Source of the DNA: Octopus vulgaris | Lineage: Eukaryota | Direction of reading: 5' to 3' | Length of the DNA stretch: 64,000 bases | Assembly: GCA_951406725.2 (NCBI GenBank) | Contig: OX597824.1 | Location: 35,836,001-35,900,000 of the forward strand | Shown: piece by piece, positions 24,331-38,395 of the stretch | Numbering within the stretch: the first letter of the stretch is position 1 | How the letters are laid out: each line of letters begins with the position of its first letter | Notes under the pieces: model-generated | What the model was told of the DNA's origin: nothing | The model's database searches: none | What the model saw: only the letters and a program-made list of their open reading frames with translations | Position numbers and translations under genes: made by a program

Positions 24331-26074
24331 ATTAAATGACAACAGCGATCAGCTAATTTTTTTGCCACAATATCCAGTTCTCACTAATAAGCTATACTCC
24401 ATGCTCGCAGTTATTTCTTGACCTGGCTTGGAGTAAAATTGACAACTCATTTGTCTCATGCACTTTGTGCTAGCAGATAATATTACATTTCAATAATTTG
24501 TAACCAATTCCTGCTGCTACTTCCATTTAATGCTTGCTGCTCATTATCCACTTTCTGCAAGAAGCAGTCACGTGGATACATTTTTTTGTGTTCACATCTA
24601 CTGCAGGTGTTTTATTATGGATGGTCAGTACACAGGACTACATAACCTTCAAGTGAACTGGAGCACTTAAGAATATCTCCACCTGAAAATTTATTTTTCT
24701 TTACTCTGCTAAAAACCATAAAATCAAGACTAAGCTTGGATCCTCAGCCTGAGACATTCACATTCACATATAAAATACAAGGAGTTGCACCAAATAACTA
24801 TGAAAGAATTCTTCCTAATTGCAGCTAAACATCACACTTGGTCCCAGCTAGAATTGACACTAAATGTTTGATACTAGTTACAATCATATAACAAGTTGTC
24901 TTGGCTAGAAATCCACCAGGTTCTTGCTCTGTCATTTATCTAATTCCTTCAAATATCTCAACACTCTTTTACACTTAAAACATTATTCTCCCACAAATTA
25001 TTTTAAGACATATTATATTCCTGGAATTAATTATATTTTATAATTACTTATCCCTATAAATCTGGATGGTTGACCTAACACATTACCTGGTTTAAGAACT
25101 GGTCCTTGAACCAATGAGTGGTCACTTGACCTGCTAGAAACAGTACCTAAATCTCATTTAATCGTATCCTACAAGGTTAAAAGGAGAAGAATATACTGAA
25201 TAATGTAGTCCAACATATACTATGTCTAAAAGAAAAAGGAGTAGTTACAGCTGGAATATCTCTCACATTATGTCTGCTATTTTATCAAGACAACCTGAGA
25301 GCTATACAACAACATTAACTGGTCCTTCACTGTAGCAAGCTATCAGAGCAGACCTCCAGTTAACCTTTCTGTTCATGTTTTTTCTGCAGAGATTAAGTAT
25401 GAGCTGCTCAGTTCAGGCATCATGTACATCAACCTCACTAGTTTGTTCAGAGAATTCACAAAGGTCGTATGCACTTTTAGTGTTTGGTATATCCAAGGGC
25501 AGTAACCCTTGGTGTCCTTTCCTCCACATAACCTTCCAACTACATCAGAGTTTTAACAATCCTTAAAGTTCTTATACATATTACATGAATTGTCTCGTGC
25601 ATGGCTGAATGTAATAACAATAGCAAGGGAAATTACACAGTTAAATCACAGTATTTTAGACACATTCTTAATATATTAACGTTTGCATAGTTTTATATGG
25701 TTTAGTGGAGAATCAAGCCAATACTGTTGGAAGAAACTATTTTAAGAACATCAAAACTTTTTTGATTTTGGAATTAAATCTAATTGCTGTATTTGATACA
25801 TTAATCTATTAGGTTTACTTTTTACTTGTTATTTTATATATAACACCTACCCCACTCCTTTCATAGTGTCATTTGATCTGGTTTGTGCCCCCATCACCCG
25901 GCCTTGTAACAAAGTGGTTACTGCTCTTCCGTTGACTAACTTATAATAAAAACAATAATAATCCAGCCATTACTTAGCTTTCTCTCTGGTTATTTCATAT
26001 TTTCTCAATGATTATTCATTCCTGTAAATTAATCTTCAGTATTCATCTCTCTCCAATATAAATGGAGAGTAAGG

Positions 26075-26760
26075 TGGGGAGCTAGCTGGCAGAATCATTA
26101 GCATGCCCGGCAAAAAATGCTTAGAAGCATTTCATCTGTCTTTATATTCTGAGTTCGAATTCTACCGAGGTTGACCTTACCTTTCATCCTTTCAGGGTCA
26201 ATAAAATATGAGTACCAGTTGTGCACTGGTGTTCAATGTAATCAACTTACACCCTCCTCCGAACTTGCTGGCTTTGTGCCAAAATTTGAAATCTGTATAA
26301 ACAGAAGGAAGGCAGTGAACTGGCAGAATCATTAGCATGCCCGGCAAAAAATGCTTAGTAGCATTTCATCTATCTTTACATTCTGAGTTCAAATTCCACA
26401 CAGTCAACTTTACCTTTCATCATTTCAGGGTCAATAGTTGAGCACTGAGGTTGATGTAATCAACTAACTCATCCCTGAAATTGCTGGCCTTGTGCCAAAA
26501 TTTGAAACCAATAAAAGTGGAAAGTGGAAGACAGCAAGCTGACAGAACCATTAACATGCCAAATAAAATTCTGAATAACATTTCTTCTGGGTTCATGTTC
26601 TGACTTCAAATGTCACCAAGGTCATCTTGACCTTTCATCCTTTTGGTGTCTATAAAATAAATGCCAGAGTCTATGAAATAAGTCAAGTTCCCGGGTCAAT
26701 ATAATTGACTTACCTCTTCCCCAAAAATTGCTGACCTTGTACCTGTAGTAAAAAGTAGAA
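26075..26760 (+). mobile_element. Three tandem old SINE B copies
   Basis: ggcagaatcattagcatgcccggcaaaaaatgc repeated at about 26087 and 26322, with a third diverged copy at about 26535. Confidence 0.75.
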
Positions 26761-27244
26761 AGAAATATAAGAGGAAGCTCTTGAGACAACTTATTGATGG
26801 ACTACAACCTGTGGCCCAGTTTAATACCATCTCTTAGCTGCCTTTGGCTAGATCCACTGTCATTGAAGTACTTCAGCCAGCTTTCCTGGTTTACAATAAC
26901 ATTCTCCCATCAGTCACACAGTCCCTAAAACCAACCATAGCCAAACTGCCTCTCTTCTCACTAAACTGTTTAACAAGAAAACAACAAATGGCAAAGTTGT
27001 ACTCTAAGATCCATTTTAATCTTGACAAACTGTAAACAAAGTGAATTTTAGTATCTGAATTGTTTTACATGACTTATTTCCAATTTATGACTTCTTAATT
27101 AAACAATTTACAGACAGAAGAAATAAAATTAATTTAGTAAGCTAAACGGAAAGTCGTAAATATTTGTACTTAAATATTAATCTGTGAGTGTGTGTCAATA
27201 TATTTGAATACGTATGCATGTGAATGTGTTCTTAGACTTAACTG

Positions 27245-27293
<49 letters not shown>

Positions 27294-28095
27294 TCACACA
27301 CTCACTCACATACACACGTACATATAATACATTATAACTGAAAGTCTCCAGTTTCCAGTGCTCAGAGTTGCCTGTTTCTGACCAGATGCTGACTGAGCCT
27401 GGTTTTCTCTTAAATATTCAATGTCTGAATATTTTTTGAAACACAAAATGAAAATTTGAAGGAAACACTTACCCTTACATTTTTTTCATTTAAAAACATT
27501 TGTGAACGATACATGTGATACATATGATACATGTGAAATTGGCTGCTTCAAGCTGATGCTTTTAATTTCAGTTCTGGTTCTCATAGTAATATTTTATAAG
27601 CATCATAAACTCCATACAATAGAAGTCATAAAATGGTATTACTGTTTAAGCATGTGTTGTTCACACATATTTTTAAACTAAAGAACTTAAGGATAAGCGT
27701 TTCCACCAAACTTTAATTTCATATTCCAAAAAATATTCAAACGGTGGATATTTCTAAAGCAAACCAAGATCAGTTTACCAGCTACGATCGGAAACAAACG
27801 ACCCAGAGTTCTGGAAATCAGAGCCTTTCAGATATAATGCATTAAAGAATATTCTACATTTGTATTGAGTTCTGTAAGTTATTACTTCTGGTAAGTCTAC
27901 TAGGGGCAAACCCAAGGGAGTGGGGCTGAGGGACACATGCCCCCCCCCCTCAAGAAAAGAAGTGGACCCTTCTAAATAATATTATGCCCTTTTCTCCTGG
28001 AATTGTATACCCTTCTGACCTTGTGCCCTCCCTTCGAAAAATTCCTGAGACTGTGCCTATCAACAGATATACATTTGTATATATTACATATGTGT

Positions 28096-28131
<36 letters not shown>

Positions 28132-28145
28132 CTCTCTTATTTGTT

Positions 28146-28549
28146 CTTATTTCTTTATTGCCCACAAGGAGCTAAACATAGAGGGGACAAACAAGGACAG
28201 ACAAAGGGATTAAGTCGATTACATCGACCCCAGTGCATAACTAATACTTAATTTATCGACCCCAAAAGGATGAAAGGCAAAGTTGATCTCAGCGGAATTT
28301 GAACTCAGAACATACCTATTTCTTTACTACCCACAAGGGGCTAAACACAGAGAGGACAAACAAGAACAGACAAAGGGATTAAGTCGATTACATCGACCCC
28401 AGTGCATAACTGATACTTAATTTATCGACCCCGAAAGAATGAAAGGCAAAGTTGATCTTGGCGGAATTTGAACTCAGAACATACCAGCAGATGAAACACC
28501 ACTAAGCATTTTACCCGGCGTGCTAGCGTTTCTACCAGCTCACCACCTT
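28146..28549 (-). mobile_element. Tandem SINE B (long tail) pair inside a SINE A
   Basis: Duplicated tatttcttta..cccacaagg..gaactcagaacata. SINE A continues at 28560-28941. Confidence 0.8.
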
Positions 28550-28939
28550 ATTCGTCGCTTATTTGTTTTAGCCATTAGTCTGCGACCATTCTAGGGCCCC
28601 AGCTTGGAGAATTTTTAGTTGAATGCATAGACACCAGTACTTTTTTTAAACCTGGTACTTATTCTATTGGTCTATTTTGCTGAACCACTAAGTTACAGGG
28701 ACATAAACACACCCGCACAGGTTGTTTAACGGTGCTGGGGACAAACACAAGCACAAAGACACAAACATAGATATAAATATGTACGACGGGTTTCTTCCAA
28801 GTTCCGTCCACCAAAACTATTCACAAGGCTTAAATAAGATGGAGGCTATAGTAGAAGACACTTGTCCAAGAGGCTACACAAGGTGACCGAAGCTGAAGCC
28901 ATGACATTGGGAAACAAGCTTCTTACCACACAGCTATGC

Positions 28940-29019
<80 letters not shown>

Positions 29020-29234
29020 ATGTGAGTGTGTGTGTGTGTTTGCATGTATGTACATGTGTGAGTATATATATATATATATAAAAGAGTAAAAGAGTAAAAG
29101 AGAGAGTAAAGAGTATATAAACACATACATACATATATATGTACATATGTATGTATGCATGTATAACCCATGCTAGCATGGAAAGCGGATGCTAAATGGT
29201 GATGGTGATGATGATGATGATATATATATATAGC

Positions 29235-29282
29235 AAAAACTGTCTGATGAACAGCAACGAGAAACTCAGAGTAACAGATTTT
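29235..29282 (+). ncRNA. Minimal hammerhead, family H1
   Basis: aaaaactgt CUGAUGA acagcaacga GAAACUCAGAGUA acagatttt. Stem II is weakened by a G>A change. Confidence 0.6.
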
Positions 29283-29443
29283 GTTGAATTTTCTGCTGCT
29301 TAAAATAAAGTATATATATATATATATATATGACTGGCCTGGTGCAGCCTTCGGGCTCCCCAGACCCCAGTTGAACCGTCCAACCCATGCTAGCATGGAA
29401 AGCGGACGTTAAACGATGATGGTGATGATGATGATGATGATGA

Positions 29444-29506
<63 letters not shown>

Positions 29507-29653
29507 CATACATACATACATACATCATATATATGTGTGTGTGTGTACTGATAACAAGAATTCTCATGATATACTAATAACAAACAAGACAAAATCTTTT
29601 TAACATGTCCCATTGTATTTTACATTTTGAGACATAATAAAATATATATATAA

Positions 29654-29939
29654 CTAGCAGTTTGTAAGGGAAATAACTATATAAACATTTTTAGAGAGTT
29701 ACTTCCCTTATATAACCTGAGCAAAAATCATTAAAAATGCGGAAAAATGATGGTAAATTTCTTTTAAAATCGTAGACTCATCGTAGACGCACGCTAATAC
29801 CCAGAAGGGCTCGATATGAATGACGACTATAAGATACCCGCTTTTGGTTAAACTGCACCGCAAAATGTGGGAGTAGTTAGGAATCTAAATTGAGGGAGAC
29901 AGAGTCTCACACACACAACTTCAATTTTATATATAAAGA
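29654..29939 (-). mobile_element. Non-autonomous Helitron (3' hairpin deleted)
   Basis: Near-identical to 53601-53898. TC start and CTAG end on the minus strand. Confidence 0.75.
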
Positions 29940-30004
29940 CTAAAGAGAATTATGTATGAAAGCATGTGTGTATGAGTGTAAATATATGCATACACACATA
30001 CACA

Positions 30005-30076
<72 letters not shown>

Positions 30077-30301
30077 GGTTGTAGGGGTTTGCTCCCCTGC
30101 TCACAATGTATCAGATGCAGCCTGTGCGTCATTAACCAACTAGAAGAGATGTGCTCATGGGATCAAAAAATTGTAGTAAAGTCCATTCGAACAGACAGCC
30201 ATGTTGAAGTGACTACGAACATTACTTGTTAGTACAACTACTGTGTTGATTTCTTAGAGAGATTTTAGGACTAGCATTTTTGCTTTGATATATATATATA
30301 T

Positions 30302-30731
30302 CTTTTACTCTTTTACTTGTTTCAAGCATTTGACTGCGGCCATACTGGAGCACCACCTTCAGTCCAGCAAATCGCCCTCAGGACTTATTCTTTGTAAGCC
30401 TAGTACTTATTCTACCAGTCTAGTTTGCCGAACTGCTAAGTTATAGGGACGTAAACACACTGGCATCGGTTGTCAAGCGATGTTGGGGGAACAAATATAG
30501 ACACAAACATATACACACTCATACATACATACATACATACATACATACACATATATATATATATACATACATATATATATATATGACGGGCTTCTTTCAG
30601 TTTCCGTCTACCAAATCCACCCACAAGGCTTTGGTCAGCCCAAAGATACTTGCCCAAGGTGCCACGCAGTGGGACTGAACCCTGAACCATGTGGTTGGTA
30701 AGCAAACTACTTACGACACAGCCACTCCTGC
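30302..30731 (-). mobile_element. SINE A
   Basis: Reverse family A copy. Confidence 0.85.
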
Positions 30732-30737
30732 CCCCCC

Positions 30738-30809
<72 letters not shown>

Positions 30810-30812
30810 GCA

Positions 30813-30848
<36 letters not shown>

Positions 30849-30969
30849 CACACATATATACATACATATGTATATATACATATATATATATGTATATATA
30901 TACTCACATATATACATACATATATATATATATATGCATACATATATATAAATATATATATATATATAC

Positions 30970-31043
<74 letters not shown>

Positions 31044-31068
31044 GTATATATACACACACACATATATA

Positions 31069-32279
31069 TGTGGTTTGATCAATAAATATCCGGACTGTTG
31101 CCATAGTAACAAGGCTAAAACATGCAATGTGAAGCCACTTGATACAGAATTGAGCTTAAACTCTGTTGTGCAAGCGCACTAAGCTTTGATCTTTTAGTTC
31201 ACTTCTGCTGTGTACAGTGGTACTCAAAAGGAACATATATAGTGTGTTATAATCGTATTGACTATGACAGAGAAAGCTGAGCAGAGAATCATCGTCATCA
31301 TCATCGTCTAACATCTGTTTTCCGCGCTAGCACGGGTTGGACGGTTCGACCGGGGTCTGGGAAGCCAGAGGCTGCACCAGGCTCCAGTCTGATCTGGCAG
31401 TATTTCTACAGCTGGATGCCCTTCCTAACGTCAACCACTCCGCGAGTGTAGTGGGTGCTTTTTACGTGCCAGGTGAGCCTGGCATCGGCCACGATCAGTT
31501 GGTGCTATTAACGTGCCACCGGCATGGAAGCCAGTCAAGGCGGTGCTGGCATCGACCACGTTCGGATGGTGCTTTTTATGTGCCACCGGCACAGAAGCCA
31601 GTAATCTGTATCAATTTTTGCCAAAAGCTTGGCAATACCTGCTGAGAAGCCTACAAAATGTTTTCAAAAAGTTTTCATCATTCTCGACACACTCAAGGAG
31701 ATCTTGTGCAACTGAAACCCAAGTGTCTTTTTGGTCAGCTGAAAGCAGTCTTGGCACAAACTAGACAAACACATGTTTTATACCCAAATCTCCAGTGATA
31801 ACTGACTGAACTGAACCATAACTAATCTGCATATCTGCTGATAACTCATGGATGGTGATTAATGATTTCCCCTCACAGCTCCACACATATCGGCGATGTT
31901 TTACTCAGTTCTACTGGTTGTAGGGGCCTCTCAGAACGTTTGTCAATATCAACATTTTCTCAGCCATCTTGGAAACGTCTGAACCACTTGTGCACGTGTA
32001 TGTGGCTCATACACTCCTCTCCATACACTCTCTGCAACTTTGTGCAAGCCTCTGAGCAGGTATTGCCATGACAACTTTCTCCTGTCACGGTCAATGTGAT
32101 GATCACATGCTACACACCTTCCTTCCAAGCACTGCTGTAAACAGTGGAAGTGAGCTAGAACGTTAAAACTTAATGTGCATGCACAACAGAGTTCAAGGTG
32201 AATCTTTGCCAAGAAGCTTCACTCTGTGTGCTTTAGTTTTGTTATTATGGTAACAGTCCAACTTATTGATAAGACCTTG
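31069..32279. mobile_element. Mariner deletion derivative built from two inverted 5' ends
   Basis: TA flanks at 31067 and 32280, long imperfect inverted arms. + strand reads MTEKAEQRI/CINFCQKLGNTC. - strand reads KLQRVYGEECMS..VHKWFRRFQDG..FVPRLLS..VAQDLLECVENDENFLK. Confidence 0.8.
31291..31602 (-). mobile_element. RTE-related non-autonomous element with (GAT)n tail
   Basis: gttaggaagggcatccagctgtagaaa motif, flanked by aatc. Other copies at 34240-34572, 39700-40030 and tails at 29166-29447. Confidence 0.7.
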
Positions 32280-32283
32280 TATG

Positions 32284-32322
<39 letters not shown>

Positions 32323-32659
32323 ATCACGTGACCGACCAGACCATCAGATGTTGTTACGCATCGCTGGTCACAATGCGTTCGCATTGTTTTAGCCTTCGAA
32401 TGACGCCACCCCGCTGGCTAAGCGACCAGGCCAATATATATATATAGATATCCCTCTCACTCTTTCGGAGAGGCACTGAGCAGCTATACGCACACATACA
32501 CACACGGCAGTAACTTCCACCTACCGAATTCAATCACAAAGCTCCGGTCGGCTCGGGGCTATAGCGGAAGACACCTACCCAAAGTGCCACGCAGTGGGAC
32601 TGAACCCAAAACCATGTATGCCTATGTGTGTATGTATGTATGTGTATATGTGTGTGTGT

Positions 32660-32694
<35 letters not shown>

Positions 32695-32857
32695 CTTTTA
32701 TTCTTTTACTTCTTTCAGTCATCTGACTGTGGCCATGCTGAGGCACTGCCCTCAGTCGAGCAAATCAACCTCAGGACTTATTTTTTGTAAGCCCAGTATT
32801 TATTCTATCGGTCTCTTTTGCTGAACTGGTAAGTTACAGCAATATAAACATACCAGC

Positions 32858-32902
<45 letters not shown>

Positions 32903-33501
32903 ACATATATGATGACACCTCCCGCAGATACAGGTATACAAGTACATACACATGCACACACATAAATGTGTGCACACAAATGCATATGTCTTTGAATATG
33001 ATGTATTGTATGTATGGATGTATGTACGTGTGTATGTATGTATGTGTAGTATGTATGTATGCCTGTATGTGTGTGTGTGTGTGTGTATATGCAGATATAC
33101 ATATGTATATATGCATATATACATACATATATATACATATATGTATGTATTTATATATGTATGTATATATGTATATATATATATGTGTATGTATATATAT
33201 GTGTGTGTGTGTGTATGTATATATGTATATCTATGTATATATATTCCTAAAATGTTATCAGTGGCCAGCATATTAAAATATCTTTTAAGGTGAAAATTAT
33301 AAATAATTATAAATACAGGCAAAAGAAAAAATTTCTATGCCAATATGCTGAGAAAAAAATAGACTTTATATCATTTAACTACATACAATATTTTACTATA
33401 AATACACAGTGTGTTGAAAGGAGGAAAAGCAAGCTAACAGAAATTTTTATATGAAAATATATGTATATTTATGTGTGTATATATATATATATATATATTT
33501 A

Positions 33502-34066
33502 TATTATTATTATGGCTGCCCCCTCGTTATCGAGTATGGCCATTGCACGAAGCTTAACTGTTACTGGTGCTGTGATCGAATGTGACTTTTTAGCCCAGCT
33601 AAAGATCTACAATGTCTTGTACAAAATTGGCAACTAAAACCTTTACTGGTAATAGCCGGCTGTAGTTGTAACTGGGCTTCATGTACCTTTGCATGTTGTT
33701 TAAGTCCTCCTGCCGAATAACACTCTCTTCCACATGGCCGACAGATATGATTAGTATGGTGTGTTACACCACCACCAGTGGCCAGGTTGTCACTCATCTG
33801 TCTCACTTTATGACTACGAAGATGACTCATGAGTCCAGCTTTACTGAGGCAGGGTCTTGCACAGACATTGCATGTCAGAATCAAAGGAAGACCCTTCCCT
33901 TCTGGAAGTGTAACAGCGATGCCCTTCCTGACATCCCTCCTTACTTTCTCATGTGCAAATCGAGATTTCTCAAATGTGGCTGTCCCCTCATGCACAATCC
34001 TTCTCCACTTGCTACGATCAATAGCTATGCCTTCCCATGTGTCAGGAGAGATGCAAGCATCTCTTA
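33502..34066 (-). mobile_element. RTE LINE 3' end with three C2H2 zinc fingers
   Basis: ISPDTWEGIAIDRSKWRRIVHEG (RTE C-terminus), then CNVC..H..H, CRPC..H..H and CQFC..H..H, a short 3' UTR and an (ATA)n tail. Confidence 0.8.
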
Positions 34067-34239
34067 ATACATACATATACATATATAGTAGCAAATACAT
34101 ATAACATTATGAACTGAGATACATCCCCTGTTTTATAAGTCAATCAGTTTTATGGATCTTAAAGCATGAAACAACTATTTGTAGCTCTTTTGTAATTGTG
34201 TATATTAAATGATGTGCATGTATATGTATGTATGTATGT

Positions 34240-34572
34240 ATCATCATCATCATGATCATCATCGTTTAACGTCCGTTTTCCACACTAGCACGGGTTGGAC
34301 GGTTCAACCGGGGTCTGGGAAGCCAGGAGGCTGCACCAGGCTCCAGTCTGATCTGGCAGTGTTTCTACAGCTGGATACCCTTCCTAACACCAACCACTCC
34401 GTGAGTGTAGTGGGTGCTTTTAACGTGCCACCGGCACGGAAGCCAGTCAAGGCGGCGCTGGCATCGGCCACGTTCGGATGGTGCTTTTTATGTGCCACTG
34501 GCACAGAAGCCAGTCAAGGCGGTGCTGGCATCGGCCATATTCGGATGGTGCTTTTTATGTGCCACCGGCACA
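34240..34572 (-). mobile_element. RTE-related non-autonomous element with internal 67-nt tandem repeat
   Basis: gtgcttt repeats at 34414, 34481 and 34548. Confidence 0.75.
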
Positions 34573-35457
34573 GGTATCACAACTACTATTTCCATTGATA
34601 TTTATTTCGATGTTCATGTACTTGACTCAATAGGTCTCCTCAAGCACAGCGGGTTGACACATATACATATATATACATGTATGTATGTATGTATGTATGT
34701 ATGTATGTATGTATGTATGTACGTGTGTGTGTATGTAATTATACAGAATTATTGGTCAGTGGCTCTGTGGTTATGAAGTTAGCAGTTCAACCCTGTAATC
34801 TGAGTCTCCAAACCAAGTGTGTGGCATTTTGAGTATTTATCATCAATCATAGCACTGGGTCCACCCAAGTTTTGTGAGTGAAAATAGATAGACCAGAGAT
34901 TCTTTGGTCACCTCATCCGATGGACGAATAAAAATGTCTCACAGTGTAGTCTGATTTCACTTGAGGTTTGTGTGGAGAGTAAGAAGCGTCTGTACAATAC
35001 TTGAACATGTATATACTATAATAAATAATATTAGTCAACTAAAGGACTCAAGCATTTATTTGTCAAAAGCGGTGACAGGGTTGTTTATTGTGTGTGTATG
35101 TATATTTGTGTAGATTAATACATAGATAAACATGCATATGACATATATATGGATATATTGTATCAATATATATGTACTATATATAGATTGATTCATAGGT
35201 ATAAATACATATAAGTGATGCATATATTTAATATATATATATATATATATATATATCAATCAAATACACATGTACACACACTTATCAACACATAAATATA
35301 TGTATATACAAACATGCACAAACAAGAAATGGTCACTTTATGTATGTTAAATTTATAGCTATGTAAGTTTATTTGTATATATATATATATATATATAATA
35401 TATTATGCTCATATATATATATATATATATATAGATACATATTATACATATATTATG

Positions 35458-35491
<34 letters not shown>

Positions 35492-35605
35492 CATACAGAT
35501 ACATGTATTCATATACTCACACTGACACATATTTATTAATCCAATCCATTCTTATTTGACCTTTTCAGTTTCCTCTATAACAATGTATATTATTAATCAC
35601 TTGGT

Positions 35606-35649
<44 letters not shown>

Positions 35650-35650
<1 letters not shown>

Positions 35651-36013
35651 TGGGGGAGCAAAATAGCCATGTATTGAGAGAAAATTGGGGAAACATCGTA
35701 GCCATGTGTTGAGAGGATTTATTTGGAGTTTGAATAATTCACCTCTGGAAACAACCTTAAACATCCTTAAACAACCCTTATTCAAGGACCATTAGAGCAG
35801 GATGGGCTACTCGACTTGAAGAAAATTCTAACAGGGTTCTACCTGCGAGGTCATGCGCTGTTTATCTTGATATGAGATCACTTTGTTGCGCACGTTTGGT
35901 TGTGATGCATGTGCCTGGTGTACCCTTATCAGACAGGTAGTCACGATGGGTATTCTGGGCTTTATATATTTTACCCCGGTATCACTTAGCTGGCATGCAC
36001 TGCTCTCTCACTC
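35650..36013. repeat. Unclassified interspersed repeat embedded in (AAT)n
   Basis: Flanked by (AAT)n on both sides. Shares ctctcaacacatggcta with 47415-47735 in the opposite orientation. Confidence 0.45.
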
Positions 36014-36502
36014 AATAATAATAATAATAATAAAATATGTATAAATTATATTTCTAACATGCTATATTTAAGGATCAATAAAAGAGAAATATTGTTACTA
36101 TGAACATAAAACATTAAACATATTTATTTTCTGTTTTTTATCATATGAAGAGAGTGGGGTTTTTTTTCTTTCTCCGGTCATATAAAATATTTCAACAATT
36201 GTTCAAAAACCTATGGAAACTGTTTCTCAAAATTTAGCAAATGTGGAGAAAATTAAGTTGTTTTTGCCAGTCAAAATAAAGAATATCTGGATATTTACAC
36301 ACAACTCTTTTTGAATTCATTTTCTTTCTTTGTAGATTACTGAAGAAAAATGTGGCCGGCAGTTTCTCTTGATCTCAGAAAAAATATAATTGATTTGATA
36401 AAATGTATGAATTCTGCATGAATAAAGAAACAGTGGGGAGTGAATTTTGTAAATAAAATTATGAAACTTCACCATACGTTGACTATAGAATATCAGTCAA
36501 TA

Positions 36503-36891
36503 TCTCTTTTACTTGTTTCAGTCATTTGACTGTGGCCATGCTGGAGCACTGCCTTTAGTCGAGCAAATCGACCCCAGTACTTATTCTTTGTAATCCTAGT
36601 ACTTATTCTATCGGTCCCTTTTGCTGAACCACTATGTTACGGGGATGCATCAGTTATCAAACGATGTTGGGGGGACAAACACAGACACATGAACACACAC
36701 AAACACACATATATATATACATATATACGACGGGCTTCTTTCAGTTTTATCTACCAAATCCACTCACAAGGCCAAGGTCGACCTGAGGCTATAGAAGAAG
36801 ACACTTGCTCAAGGTGCCATGCAGTGGGACTGAACCCAGAACCATGTGGTTGGTAAGCAAGCTACTTACCACACAGCCACTCCTACGCCTA
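36503..36891 (-). mobile_element. SINE A
   Basis: Reverse family A copy. Confidence 0.85.
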
Positions 36892-37407
36892 TATATATAG
36901 AAAATAGTCTAATATTAAGGCATATAAGTCCCCATAACTGAAAAAAAAACAGGCTTTAGTATGCACGGGAGCATATATGCCTTAATAGTCCTTCCTACTA
37001 TAGGTAGAATACCTGAAATTTTGGGGTACAAAGATAGTCAATCACAGCATGCCTAGTGCTCAACTGATGCATAGGTGGTGACAAAAAATTCATGGACTAG
37101 TTTATGTTTAACAAAAAATAACTTATTTACCTAAGTTTTATCATCATCTTCGACCAAATGTGGTTTGGTGATAGGAAAGGGTATCAGGCTATGAAAAAAA
37201 CTTGTCTCAACAAATTCTGTCCGACCCATGCAAGCATGGAAAAATGTATGGTAAAACAATGAAGACGGCGACAGCTTTCATTTCACTAGTTAGAAAATCT
37301 TGCCCTCACTCAAAAAATCAACCTGAAAACCTGAAAGTCCTGTTCTCCCTTGAGTAAACAAAGCTGCCCCTAACTCATAAAGCTTCACTTACTCCACACC
37401 TATATTC

Positions 37408-37444
<37 letters not shown>

Positions 37445-37854
37445 ATGCATGTGTGTATGTGAGTGTGTGTGTGCCTTAGGTGTGTGTGAATGTGTGTTTG
37501 CATGTGTATATGTGTGTGTTTGCGTGTGAATGTTTGTGTATGTATATATGTGTGTGCATGTATGTAGATATATGTATGTATATATAAACATGAAGGCACA
37601 CACACATACACACACACACACTTATTGTGGTATGGTTAAGAAATTCACATAACAGTGCAAAGGTCCCTGGTTCAACTTCACTGTGCAGTATCTTAATTAG
37701 GTATCCTCTACCCTACCTTCAGGTTGGTTGATCAATCCTTGGCAGGGAAATTGGGTCAATGAAAACTGTTGGGAAGCCCTATCAGATGAATTTTATTTAG
37801 AGGTCTAACCTCATCATTTCATGTTATGCAGATTTGGCCTAAAAACCTATATAT

Positions 37855-38037
37855 ATTTCTTTACTGCCCACAAGGGGCTAAACATAGAGGGGACAAACAA
37901 GTACAGACAAAGGGATTAAGTCGATTATATCGTCGACCCTAGTGCATAACTGGTACTTTATTTATCGACCCCGAAAGGATGAAAGGCAAAGTTGACCTCG
38001 GCGGAATTTGAACTCAGAACGTAAGGACAGACGAAAT
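37855..38037 (-). mobile_element. SINE B (long tail)
   Basis: Reverse family B copy. Confidence 0.85.
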
Positions 38038-38353
38038 AATAATCTTCTTGTTCATTCGCCCATTAGATATTAGTTAGTTAGGAAGGTGAAGGTGGCATGA
38101 GTGAGAGGTGGAGTAAGAGTGAGAAAGAGAGGGAGGGATGAAGAAAGAAGAGAGGAAGAAGTAGAGAAAGGTAATTGATAGTAATATACACTTGGGCCAA
38201 ATGATCAGCTGAAGGTAGAGGTGAAGAACAAGAGGAAAAGAAGGAGAGAGGAGTGTTAACAATATGCACCACGAGGAGGAGGAATACTTATCATGTGGTT
38301 AAAATGTTAAGCTGAAGGGAAAGGTAGTGATGGACAGGGGAGGCAGTTATAGT

Positions 38354-38395
<42 letters not shown>

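Noticed and set aside
32316-32434. GC-rich island with tandem CACGTG E-boxes
   Set aside because: Embedded in (TA)n and most likely a fragment of an interspersed repeat; no independent support for function.
33561-34100. Host C2H2 zinc-finger gene
   Set aside because: The start codon lies in a microsatellite, the N-terminal half is RTE C-terminal sequence, and it ends in a LINE-type tail.
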